From assembly GCA_050950285.1 (NCBI GenBank), contig JBMNHG010000011.1, positions 124,001-188,000 on the forward strand: a stretch of DNA of 64,000 nucleotides. The letters are read 5' to 3'. The notes beneath the pieces were generated by a model. That model saw only the letters and a list, made by a program, of their open reading frames with translations, made no database searches and was not told where the DNA came from. Origin of the DNA: Kiritimatiellia bacterium. GTDB lineage: Bacteria > Verrucomicrobiota > Kiritimatiellia > RFP12 > JBMNHG01. The position numbers were made by a program, and so were the translations under genes. Shown here piece by piece: positions 30,250 to 38,800 of the stretch (within the stretch, counting starts at the first letter, position 1; every line of letters starts with the position of its first letter).

Positions 30250-31364
30250 AGATTGCGGTGGGATTGAGCGGCGGCGTGGATTCGGCAATGGCCGCCTGGC
30301 TCCTCCTGCGGGAGGGACACGAGGTGGTCGGGGTGACCATGCGCACCTGGCCTGCCGCGGCGGATGCCCCCGTTCCATCCGCTTCTTCCCGGAGGGGGTG
30401 TTTTGGCCCTTGTGCCGAGGCCTCCCTTGTCCGGGCGCGCGATCTCGCCCGCCGGCTGGGAATCGGCCATCGTGAAATCGACCTTTCGGACGCCTTCGCC
30501 CGGTACGTCCTCGCCCCCGTCCGCGACACGTACCGCGCCGGACGAACGCCCAATCCCTGCGTGCTCTGCAATGCGGCGGTCAAATTCGGCCGCCTGCCCG
30601 CTTTGGCCCGCGAGCACGGCATCGCCTTCGACCGCTTCGCCACGGGCCACTACGCCCCGAATGGAGCGCGAGGAAGCCACGGGCCGGATGCGGCTCTTCC
30701 GCGGCCGCGACCGCGGGAAGGACCAGTCCTACTTCCTCGCCCGTCTTTCGCAGGCGCAACTCGCCGAGGCCCTCTTCCCGCTGGGCGAGCTCGCCAAGAC
30801 GGAGGTCCTCGCCCTTGCGCGAAGCAATGGGTTCGGCGATCTCGCCGGGCGCGAGGAGAGCCAGGATTTCATCGCCGGGACGAACAAGGACTTGCTTTTC
30901 GACCCTTCCGACGAACGCCCCGGCCCCGTAATGGATACCGCCGGGCGCGTGCTCGGCCGTCATCCCGGCATCGTCCACTGCACCGTGGGGCAGCGCCAGG
31001 GCATCGGAGTCGCCGCCGGAGAGCGGCGCTATGTGAAAGCCATCGACGCGGCGACCGACACGGTCGTCGTCGGCCGGCGCGAAGAACTCTTCCGTGCTTC
31101 GTGCGGCCTCGACGGCCTCTCCTGGATTGCGGGTGCGCCGCCAGGGGACGGAACCCGTGTGCGGGCGCTTCTTCGCTACCGCCACGCTGGAGCCGATGCC
31201 GCGTTCCGGATGGGTGCGGGCGGCGTCCGCCTCGACTTCGACGTGCCGCAGTTCGCCGTGGCACCCGGCCAGGCCGCCGTCCTCTATGCCGGCGACGAGG
31301 TCCTGGGGGCCGGATGGATCCTCCCGGAGGGCAACGGGGGGGGACGGAGGGGGGCCTGCCGTGA
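30246..31364 (+). CDS. mnmA: tRNA 2-thiouridylase MnmA, frameshifted in this sequence (near 30655-30658, probably again in the G runs at 31336-31354)
   Basis: SGGVDS, TPNPCVLCN, ATGHYA in one frame; KDQSYFL, TVGQRQGIG, VAPGQAAVLY in the next frame; end coordinate inferred. Confidence 0.8.
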   Translation: MKIAVGLSGGVDSAMAAWLLLREGHEVVGVTMRTWPAAADAPVPSASSRRGCFGPCAEASLVRARDLARRLGIGHREIDLSDAFARYVLAPVRDTYRAGRTPNPCVLCNAAVKFGRLPALAREHGIAFDRFATGHYAPNGARGSHGPDAALPRPRPREGPVLLPRPSFAGATRRGPLPAGRARQDGGPRPCAKQWVRRSRRARGEPGFHRRDEQGLAFRPFRRTPRPRNGYRRARARPSSRHRPLHRGAAPGHRSRRRRAALCESHRRGDRHGRRRPARRTLPCFVRPRRPLLDCGCAARGRNPCAGASSLPPRWSRCRVPDGCGRRPPRLRRAAVRRGTRPGRRPLCRRRGPGGRMDPPGGQRGGTEGGLP

Positions 31365-32384
31365 AATTCGCCATCGGATACCAGCGCTTGGAGGAAGAGG
31401 GCGGCTTCCTCCGGATCGTGGAGGATTACCGGGAGTCTCTCGCCGAAGTGTATTTCCCCTGGGTGGGGATGCCTTCGGGGCGTCCGGCATTGGGCGCCGG
31501 ATCCGAAGCCGAGGCGCAGGCGGAACTGGAGCGCGACGTGCGCGCCTGCCGTGCGTCGGGACTCCGCCTCGACCTGCTCCTCAACGCGAATTGCTACGGG
31601 CGGAGAGGCCGTTGGCAAGGCCCTGGGCGAGATGATTGCCGCACTGCTGGAGCATCTGGATTCGCGGGGACTGCTTCCAGACGTCGTGACCACCACGTCG
31701 CCCTATGTGGCCGATTGCGTCAAACGCCTTGCGCCCGCCATCGACCGCCGGGCTTCCGTGAACCTCCGCCTCGATTCGACGCTCGCCCTCGAAATGCTGG
31801 GAGACGCCTTCGATTCCTTCTACCTGCGGCGCGACCTGCAGCGCGACCTCTCCACCGTCGCCCGGTTCCATGCTTGGGCCGATGCCCACGGCAAGCGGCT
31901 GTGCCTGCTTGCGAACAGCGGCTGCCTCCGGAACTGCCCCTACCAGACCTTCCACGACAACCTGCTGGCACACGACGCGGAGATCGCCCGGACGCCGTCC
32001 GCCGGCGATTTCCTCCCGCATCTCTGCTGGAAAAACTACCTCGTCGCCAAACGCTACGAGGACTTCCTCCGCGGCTCGTGGATTCGCCCCGAAGACGTGT
32101 CGCGCTACGAGCCGTATGTGTCGGTGATGAAACTCGCCACCCGCGTCCATTCGCATCCGCGCATGATTGTCGCGGCCTACGCCGCGGGACGCTTCGACGG
32201 CAACCTCGCCGCGCTGACCGAACCCGACCTCTCCGCCGCCTTCGCGCCCCGGATCATCGACAACCGGCGCTTCCCATCGGACTGGCTGGACACCACGGCG
32301 GGAGCCTGCGCCACGAACTGCACCCATTGCGGGCGTTGCACGGAGCTTCTGGCAACGGTGCTGGTCGATCCTTCGGCCGTGTGA
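31361..32384 (+). CDS. U32 peptidase-like Cys-rich (Fe-S) protein, frameshifted near 31598-31600
   Basis: GTG start; DLLLNANCYG then (other frame) LLANSGCLRNCPY..FH, SWIRPED, KLATR, CATNCTHCGRC. Confidence 0.65.
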
Positions 32385-32395
32385 GCGGTGCCGCC

Positions 32396-32429
32396 AAAAA
32401 CAAAAACGCCGTCGTGAATGGACGGCGTT
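32396..32429 (-). terminator. Intrinsic terminator downstream of tRNA-Leu
   Basis: 9-bp stem AACGCCGTC/GACGGCGTT with 7-nt loop, followed by T-tract on the minus strand. Confidence 0.65.
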
Positions 32430-32453
32430 CCAGCCGCAAGCGACGGCGGAAAG

Positions 32454-32538
32454 TGGTGCTCGGGGGGGGACTCGAACCCCCAAGGATCTCTCCATATGCA
32501 CCTCAAGCATACGTGTCTGCCAATTTCACCACCCGAGC
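32454..32538 (-). tRNA. tRNA-Leu (anticodon GAG)
   Basis: Acceptor stem GCTCGGG/CCCGAGC plus ACCA; anticodon stem TATGC/GCATA, loop TTGAGGT; variable arm; GGGGG-TTCGAGT-CCCCC T arm. Confidence 0.95.
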
Positions 32539-32556
32539 AGGTGCGAAACGGGAGAC

Positions 32557-32585
32557 ACTGTACTCCTTCTTCCTGCGCATTGCAA
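32557..32585 (-). promoter_or_regulatory. Putative sigma70 promoter of tRNA-Leu
   Basis: TTGCAA-17 bp-TACAGT on the minus strand just upstream of the tRNA. Confidence 0.55.
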
Positions 32586-32704
32586 CTGGATTTTCCGATC
32601 GGGTCGAGGGCGCGGTGCCTCGCTTTGACAAGTGAGGCCCGGCTTCGGCGCTTGATTTTGGGGTTGCGGTGTTGTGTGTGCGGCGATACGCTAAGTACAT
32701 CTCG

Positions 32705-32822
32705 GACGCCTTCGGGGAGCAGATGGCCCGCCTGACCGCCGCCCTGCGCGAGCAGACTGAAGAGTCAGGGAAGCTCGACCAGATCATCTGGGCCAACCTG
32801 GAGGCATTGGGCTATGGCGAGC
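32705..32822 (+). pseudogene. hsdM: C-terminal remnant of type I R-M methylase subunit HsdM
   Basis: FGEQMARLTAALREQTEESGKLDQIIWANLEALGYGE resembles the coiled-coil tail of HsdM; the rest of the gene is absent. Confidence 0.6.
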
Positions 32823-32919
32823 AAGGAACAGCCAGATCGAAGCGACCCAAGGGACAACAACGACCAAAGGCTGATGTCCCTGAGGTCCCTTGCGTCTCTT
32901 TCCGGGAGGCCCCCGCCGC

Positions 32920-33489
32920 ATGAATAAGCAGTTCATCCCGCCTCATGGCGGCTACAAAGCCCTTTTGTCTTTCCAGAAGGCGGAAATCGTCTATGACGCC
33001 ACCGTCAAGTTTTGCGCCGATCTCCTCGATCGGCGCGACCGCACGGTTGACCAGATGGTGCAGGCGGCGCGTTCCGGCAAGCAGAATATCGTGGAAGCCA
33101 GCATGGCTTCCGGAACATCCAAAGAAACGGAAATCAAACTCACGAATGTGGCGCGGGCAAGTCTCGAAGAACTCTTGACGGACTACCGCGACTTTCTAAG
33201 GACGCGCGGGGCGATAGAATGGCCCAAGGACCACCCGTACGTAAAGCGCCTCCAGGAACTGAACCGAACGCCGGATGCCAATTACGACACCTTTCGCAAA
33301 GCCGTCGAACATGCCGACCCGGCCATTCGGGCGAATGCCATCATCGGCCTGATCAAGGTCGCCAACTACCTTCTGGACCAGCAACTGAAGCGCCTTGAGA
33401 AAGACTTTGTGGAACAAGGCGGATTGCGCGAACGAATGACCCGCGCACGATTGGCGGAACGGAATCGGCAGGGAGGATGGAAACCATGA
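32920..33489 (+). CDS. Four-helix-bundle protein (23S rRNA IVS-protein/Avd-like, with suffix region)
   Basis: GGY..LLSFQKAEIVYD.T, RTVDQMVQAARSGKQNI.E, LTNVARASLEELL.DY.DFL, F..QGGLRERM. Confidence 0.85.
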   Translation: MNKQFIPPHGGYKALLSFQKAEIVYDATVKFCADLLDRRDRTVDQMVQAARSGKQNIVEASMASGTSKETEIKLTNVARASLEELLTDYRDFLRTRGAIEWPKDHPYVKRLQELNRTPDANYDTFRKAVEHADPAIRANAIIGLIKVANYLLDQQLKRLEKDFVEQGGLRERMTRARLAERNRQGGWKP

Positions 33490-33520
33490 ACCTCACCCCG
33501 GTCCACCTTGTAGCCCTCAA

Positions 33521-34351
33521 ATCCGGCTCTACTGGGACATCGGACGCATGATTGACGCCCGCCAGAAACTCGAAGGCTGGGGCGCAGGCGTCATCCCCCG
33601 TCTCGCCGCCGAACTCAAGAACGAACTGGTACGGCAGTTGGAAAAGTTCCTGCTCGAACTCGGCCAGGGCTTCGCCTTTGTCGGGCGGCAGTACAAGGTC
33701 GAGGTGGGTGACGAGGATTTCTACATTGATCTGCTGTTCTATCACCTGCGCCTGCGGGCCTTCGTGGTGATCGAACTCAAGAAGGGCAAATTCAAGCCGG
33801 AATACGCCGGCAAGCTCAACTTCTACTGCAATGTGGTCAACGACCGGCTGAAACAGCCGTCCGACAACCCGACCATCGGGCTGATCCTCTGCCAGGAACG
33901 GAGCCGCCTGTTGGCCGAATACAGTTTCGCCGGCATAGACAAGCCCATTGGCATCTCCACCTACGAACTAACCCGCACCCTGCCCAAGAGCATGAAGTCC
34001 TCGCTCCCCACCGTCGAAGAAATCGAAGCCGAGTTGAGCGAGGTGGCAAAGCAGGCAAACGCTAAGCGCGCACACGGCAAACGAGATGGCACGGTACGTG
34101 AAAAATCCGTGCGCTATGGAACGGCCGATATCCACATCGTGGATCAACCCTATGACGCTACCGACGGCGCCGATACCCCGTTTGGCCACCGCTGGGGTGG
34201 CGATGTCGCCACCCTCACTCCCGCCCACCTTGTAGCCCTCGAGTCCGGCCAGACCCTCGCCCTCGACGTGCAGAACGAATACGTGCTGTTTCTCCGAAGC
34301 GACACCCCCGCGGCCAAGCGGCCCCGCCCGAAGGGAGGGGGTCGTGATTGA
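33521..34351 (+). pseudogene. YhcG/DUF1016 PD-(D/E)XK nuclease-like gene, 5'-truncated and internally deleted, with an unrelated C-terminal extension
   Basis: IRLYWDIGRMI..RQ..EGWGAGVI.RLA (N-domain fragment) joined directly to LEKFLLELGQGFAFVGRQ, DLLFYH, VVIELK, NPTIGLILC, LPTVEEIE. Confidence 0.7.
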
Positions 34352-34449
34352 GCGGAACACCATGTCCGTTGTTTTTGCGTGCGGATTGCGGTTGAGTTGC
34401 GGGGGCAGTTACGCTATCCTCGTGCCATTATCCTCCTGTCATCAAGGCC

Positions 34450-35214
34450 ATGGAAAAGACACTCATCATCATTCCGACCTACAACGAGAAGGAAAACGCG
34501 GAGCCGATCGCGGCCGCCGTGCTGGAAAACGTGCCCGAGGCGGACATCCTCTTCGTGGACGACAATTCGCCGGATGGAACCGGCGCGATCGTCGATGCGC
34601 TGGCCGCACGAAATCCGCAGGTGCACGTTCTGCACCGTCCCGGCAAGTCGGGTCTCGGCAAGGCCTACATCGCGGGTTTCAAGTGGGCTTTGGAGCGCGA
34701 CTACGAATTGATCCTGGAGATGGACGCGGACTTCTCGCACGACCCGAAGGCGCTTCCGTCGCTCATCGCGGCGGCGGACGAGGCCGATCTGGTGCTGGGC
34801 TCCCGCTACATCGGGGGGATTCGCGTGATGAACTGGCCGCTCTCGCGCCTGCTTCTCAGCACGGGCGCCGGCGTGTACGTGCGGGCGGTCACGGGCCTGC
34901 CCGTGTGCGATCCCACGGGCGGCTTCAAGTGCTTCCGCCGGTGCGTGCTTGAAGCCATCGAGCTCGACCGCGTGACCTCCAGCGGCTATTCCTTCCAGAT
35001 CGAGATGACCCACACCGCGTGGATGAAAGGCTTCCGGGTGAAAGAGGTGCCCATCACCTTCGAAGACCGCCGGGCCGGCCAGTCGAAGATGTCGCTCGAC
35101 ATCGCGCACGAGGCTCTCTACAAGGTGTGGGCGCTGTGGTTCCGGAACGGCCTGCGGCGGCGTCCGCGGAAGCGTGCGGCATGCCGCGCGGAAGGATCGA
35201 AGACGAAGGGATGA
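34450..35214 (+). CDS. Polyprenol monophosphomannose synthase (GT2, Dpm1-like)
   Basis: IIPTYNEKEN, VDDNSPDGTG, MDADFSHDP, GYSFQIEM, F.DRRAGQSKMS. Confidence 0.88.
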   Translation: MEKTLIIIPTYNEKENAEPIAAAVLENVPEADILFVDDNSPDGTGAIVDALAARNPQVHVLHRPGKSGLGKAYIAGFKWALERDYELILEMDADFSHDPKALPSLIAAADEADLVLGSRYIGGIRVMNWPLSRLLLSTGAGVYVRAVTGLPVCDPTGGFKCFRRCVLEAIELDRVTSSGYSFQIEMTHTAWMKGFRVKEVPITFEDRRAGQSKMSLDIAHEALYKVWALWFRNGLRRRPRKRAACRAEGSKTKG

Positions 35215-36116
35215 CGGCGGCACTGTTCCACGCGTTGCGGCCGAAGCAATGGACGAAGAACGCCGTGGTGCTCGCGGCGTTCCTCTTCGCCTGTGGCGAC
35301 CCTTCGCAGTCGGCGTACACTGCGGGCCTGGGTCCCGTGCTTCGCGTGGCGGCCGCCGCGCTGCTCTTCTGCGTGATTTCCAGCGGCATCTATCTGCTGA
35401 ACGATTTGCTCGACGTGAAGGCCGACCGCGCGCACCCCGTGAAGCGTCTTCGGCCCATTGCCAGCGGGGCTCTTCCGGTTTCCGTGGCGCGTGTCGCCAG
35501 CGGGGCGCTGCTTGTGGGGGGGCTTGCGGCGGCGGCGGCGCTGTCGCGCGAGTTCGCGCGCGTGGCCGCCGCCTACGTGGTGCTCCAGGTTGCCTACTCC
35601 ACGTTCCTCAAGCGGATCCCGCTTGTGGATTCGTTCGTGATCGCGATCGGGTTCGTGCTGCGCGCCGTCGCGGGCGCGGAGGTCGTGCAGGTGCGCATCT
35701 CCCCCTGGCTGCTTCTTTGCACCTTCCTGCTCGCGCTCTTCCTCGCGCTGTGCAAGCGCCGCCACGAGACGGGCGTGGAGTCGGTTGACCCCGAAGGCGT
35801 CTCGCACCGCGCGGCGTTGAAGGGGTATGACGCGCCGTTGCTCGACCGCCTCATCGGCATCACGGCCTCCGCCACGATCGTCTGCTATGCCATCTACACG
35901 CTGTCCGAGGAGACCGTCGAGCGCTTTGGCACGCATCGTCTTGGACTCACGATCCCCTTCGTGATCTTCGGCATTTTCCGCTATCTCGACCTGGTCTACC
36001 GCCACCGCGAAGGGGGGCGTCCCGAGCAGATCCTGCTGACGGACCGGGTGCTTCTCGTGGACATCGTGCTCTACGTGCTCGTGGTGGCGGCCGTTCTCGC
36101 CCCCTGGGCGCGATAG
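35211..36116 (+). CDS. UbiA-family decaprenyl-phosphate phosphoribosyltransferase-like protein
   Basis: LRPKQWTKN, YLLND..D..ADRAHPVKR.RPIASG, GFVLRAVAG, KRRHE. Confidence 0.85.
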   Translation: MTAALFHALRPKQWTKNAVVLAAFLFACGDPSQSAYTAGLGPVLRVAAAALLFCVISSGIYLLNDLLDVKADRAHPVKRLRPIASGALPVSVARVASGALLVGGLAAAAALSREFARVAAAYVVLQVAYSTFLKRIPLVDSFVIAIGFVLRAVAGAEVVQVRISPWLLLCTFLLALFLALCKRRHETGVESVDPEGVSHRAALKGYDAPLLDRLIGITASATIVCYAIYTLSEETVERFGTHRLGLTIPFVIFGIFRYLDLVYRHREGGRPEQILLTDRVLLVDIVLYVLVVAAVLAPWAR

Positions 36117-36141
36117 CGTGCGCGGGGGTGCCTCCGGCGGG

Positions 36142-37563
36142 CTACGCTTCGCGGACGCCGGGGATGCCGTATTCGTTGAGCTTGCGATGGAGGGTGCGCC
36201 GGCTGATGCCGAGTTCGACGGCGGCCCGTGTGCGGTTGCCGCGGTGCTTCGCGAGCACGTCGAGGATTTTCCGCTTTTCGGTCTCCGCGAGGGAGCCGGC
36301 GGCGGGTTGCGGCGTTGAGGGGGAAGAGGCGTTGTTTGCGGCCGTCCCGCCGCCTGCCGGGGCATTCCCCGCGGCGCGAATCTGCGGGGGGACGTCCCGT
36401 GCGGTGAGGCGTCCGCCGGAGGAGAGCACCACCATGCGTTCGATGGTGTTGCGGAGTTCGCGCACGTTGCCGGGCCAGGAGTAGGCGCAGAGGAGGTTCA
36501 CGGCGTCGGGGGTGATGCCGGTGATGGCGCGGCCGTTGCGTTCGGCGAAGTCGCGGATGAAGTGGTCGGCGAGCAAGGGGATGTCGCCCGCGCGTTCCGA
36601 GAGGGGGGGGAGGTTCACGGGTACCACGGAGAGGCGGTAGTAGAGGTCCTCGCGGAAGATCCCCTCTTCCACCAGCTTCTTCAGGTCGCGGTTGGTGGCG
36701 GTCAGGAGGCGGATGTCCACCTCGATGGTTTCGTCGCCTCCGACGCGCTCGAAGCGCCGTTCTTCGAGCACGCGAAGGAGCTTCACCTGTATGGCGGGTT
36801 CGATTTCCCCGATTTCGTCGAGGAAGAGCGTGCCGCCGTCGGCCTGTTCGAAACGGCCCTTGCGCCGGGAGACGGCTCCGGTGAAGGCTCCTTTCTCGTG
36901 GCCGAAGAGTTCGCTTTCGAGAAGGGTGGGGGACAGCGCGGCGCAGTGCACGGCCACGAACGGGCCCCGGGAGCGGGAGGAAAGGCGGTGGATGGCATTG
37001 GCCACGAGTTCCTTGCCGGTACCGGAGGGACCTTGGATGAGCACGGAGGCCTGGGTGGGGGCCACCTGGCGGATCACGTCGAAGAGCTCCTGCATGGCGG
37101 GGGAGGAGCCGATGATGGATTCGAGGCCGAACTTTTTGTCGAGCTGCGCCTCGAGGGCCTGGTTTTTCGCCTCGACGTCGCGGGTGTGGAGGGCGCGGTC
37201 GATGAGCAGTTCGAGACGGTCGAGGTTCACGGGCTTGGTGAGGAAGTCGAAGGCGCCTTGCTTCATGGCCTCGACGGCGGTCTCGACGCTGCCGTAGGCG
37301 GTGATGAGGATGCAGGAGACCGACGGGTGGCGCGACTGGACGCGCTTGAGCAGGGAGATGCCGTCCTCTCCGGGCATGCGCACGTCGGAGAGCATCACGT
37401 CCACGGCGCCGTCGGCGAGCGCGGCGAGGGCGGCGTCGGCGGATTCGGCGGTGCGCACGTCGAAGCGGTGGCGCAGGGCGCGCTGGAGGCCGTCGCGGGT
37501 GTTTTTGTCGTCGTCCACCACCAGCACGACGTGGCGGCGGGGCTTGGACGGGGTGTCAGCCAT
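36142..37563 (-). CDS. Sigma54-dependent response regulator (NtrC family)
   Basis: Receiver domain, GPSGTGKE, ESELFGHEKGAFTGA, WPGNVREL, Fis-type HTH. Confidence 0.92.
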   Translation of the reverse strand: MADTPSKPRRHVVLVVDDDKNTRDGLQRALRHRFDVRTAESADAALAALADGAVDVMLSDVRMPGEDGISLLKRVQSRHPSVSCILITAYGSVETAVEAMKQGAFDFLTKPVNLDRLELLIDRALHTRDVEAKNQALEAQLDKKFGLESIIGSSPAMQELFDVIRQVAPTQASVLIQGPSGTGKELVANAIHRLSSRSRGPFVAVHCAALSPTLLESELFGHEKGAFTGAVSRRKGRFEQADGGTLFLDEIGEIEPAIQVKLLRVLEERRFERVGGDETIEVDIRLLTATNRDLKKLVEEGIFREDLYYRLSVVPVNLPPLSERAGDIPLLADHFIRDFAERNGRAITGITPDAVNLLCAYSWPGNVRELRNTIERMVVLSSGGRLTARDVPPQIRAAGNAPAGGGTAANNASSPSTPQPAAGSLAETEKRKILDVLAKHRGNRTRAAVELGISRRTLHRKLNEYGIPGVREA

Positions 37564-38767
37564 GGCGGTTCCCCTTCGCGGATCGGGTGGCGTGGGGTTT
37601 CTCCCTCTTGTCGCTGATCAAGCGCATGCGGGGTTTGCCCACGGGGAGGCGGACGCGGAAGCAGGTCCCGGCGCCGGCCTTGGAGGAGACTTCGATTTCG
37701 CCGCCGTGCTCCTGCACGATGCGTTGGACGACGGCGAGGCCGAGGCCGTTGCCCTTGACCTTGGTGGTGTGGTAGGGCTCGAACATCCGGGCGAAGCCTT
37801 CGGGGGCGATGCCGGATCCGGAGTCGAGGAAGTCGATGGTGAACCAGACGTCGCCGCTGGCCATGGTGATGTCGAGGCGGCCGCCGTCCGGCATGGCTTC
37901 GACCGCGTTTTTGACGAGGTTGAAGAAGACCTGCTTGATTTGCGCGGGGTCGAGGAAGAGCTTGGGCATCTTGTCGGGGTAGCGCACGGTCACGTCGATG
38001 CGGCGGTTGGCGATGTCCACCTTCATGATGCGGAGCGACTGCTGGAGGATTTCGCCGATGTCGGCGGGGACGAGGTCCGGCTTTTGCGGGCGCAGGGCGT
38101 GGAGGAACTGGGTGATGATGGCGTCGAGGCGGCCGACCTCGTCGCGGGCCACTTTCACGAGTTCGCGGATGGGTTCGCGGGATTCCTCGGGCAGGGGGTC
38201 GAGTTCGCGCTCGAGGAGCTGGAGATGGATGTCGAGGGCGTTGAGGGGGTTCCCGATTTCGTGGGCGACGGACGCGGCGAGGAGCCTCACGGCGTTGAGG
38301 CGTTCGCTTTCGAGCGCGGAGGCCTCCTGCTCGCGGTCTCGGGTGATGTCGCGCAGGATGACGAGCAGGCCGCCGGGCATGTCGTTGCCTTCGGGCAGCG
38401 GCACGGCGTAGAAGTCGAGGATGCGGTGGTCCGGGCGTATCACTTCGATTTCGCGGCGCAGGAGGTGCGACCATTCGGCATCCGCCTTCATTTCGAGCAT
38501 CCGTTCCCAGTCGAAGTCCGGGAGGAGGATGTCGACCGGGCGGTCGATCGAGCGGTCGGGGTCGAAGCCGAGCAGGGCGGCGGCGGCGCGGTTGGCGTAG
38601 GCGAGGCGGGCGCCGGCGTCCACCACGAGCACGCCTTCCTGGATGGTCTGGAAGATGGTCTCGAGCAGGCCCCGTTCCCGTTCGAAGCGCATCAGGTGCG
38701 TCTGCAGGCGTTCGGGGTCGATCTTGTCGACCCGCGCGATGAAGCGGTCGAAGAATCCGGAGGCCAT
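37556..38767 (-). CDS. PAS-domain sensor histidine kinase
   Basis: AHEIGNPL H-box, NLVKNA, DSGSGI, GNGLGL. Confidence 0.9.
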   Translation of the reverse strand: MASGFFDRFIARVDKIDPERLQTHLMRFERERGLLETIFQTIQEGVLVVDAGARLAYANRAAAALLGFDPDRSIDRPVDILLPDFDWERMLEMKADAEWSHLLRREIEVIRPDHRILDFYAVPLPEGNDMPGGLLVILRDITRDREQEASALESERLNAVRLLAASVAHEIGNPLNALDIHLQLLERELDPLPEESREPIRELVKVARDEVGRLDAIITQFLHALRPQKPDLVPADIGEILQQSLRIMKVDIANRRIDVTVRYPDKMPKLFLDPAQIKQVFFNLVKNAVEAMPDGGRLDITMASGDVWFTIDFLDSGSGIAPEGFARMFEPYHTTKVKGNGLGLAVVQRIVQEHGGEIEVSSKAGAGTCFRVRLPVGKPRMRLISDKREKPHATRSAKGNRHG

Positions 38768-38800
38768 GGTTCGGGTGGTGGGCGGGGGAGGGGCGGCTGG

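Noticed and set aside
30650..30665. Programmed ribosomal frameshift in mnmA
   Set aside because: No canonical slippery heptamer; neighbouring homopolymer indels point to sequencing error.
32454..32538. tRNA-Leu as the attachment site of the neighbouring R-M relic
   Set aside because: No duplicated tRNA 3' fragment was found in the window, and the relic lies on the tRNA's 5' side.
32920..34351. Diversity-generating retroelement suggested by the Avd-like gene and the 37-bp repeat
   Set aside because: No reverse transcriptase nearby; the repeat is short and its mismatches are not confined to adenines.
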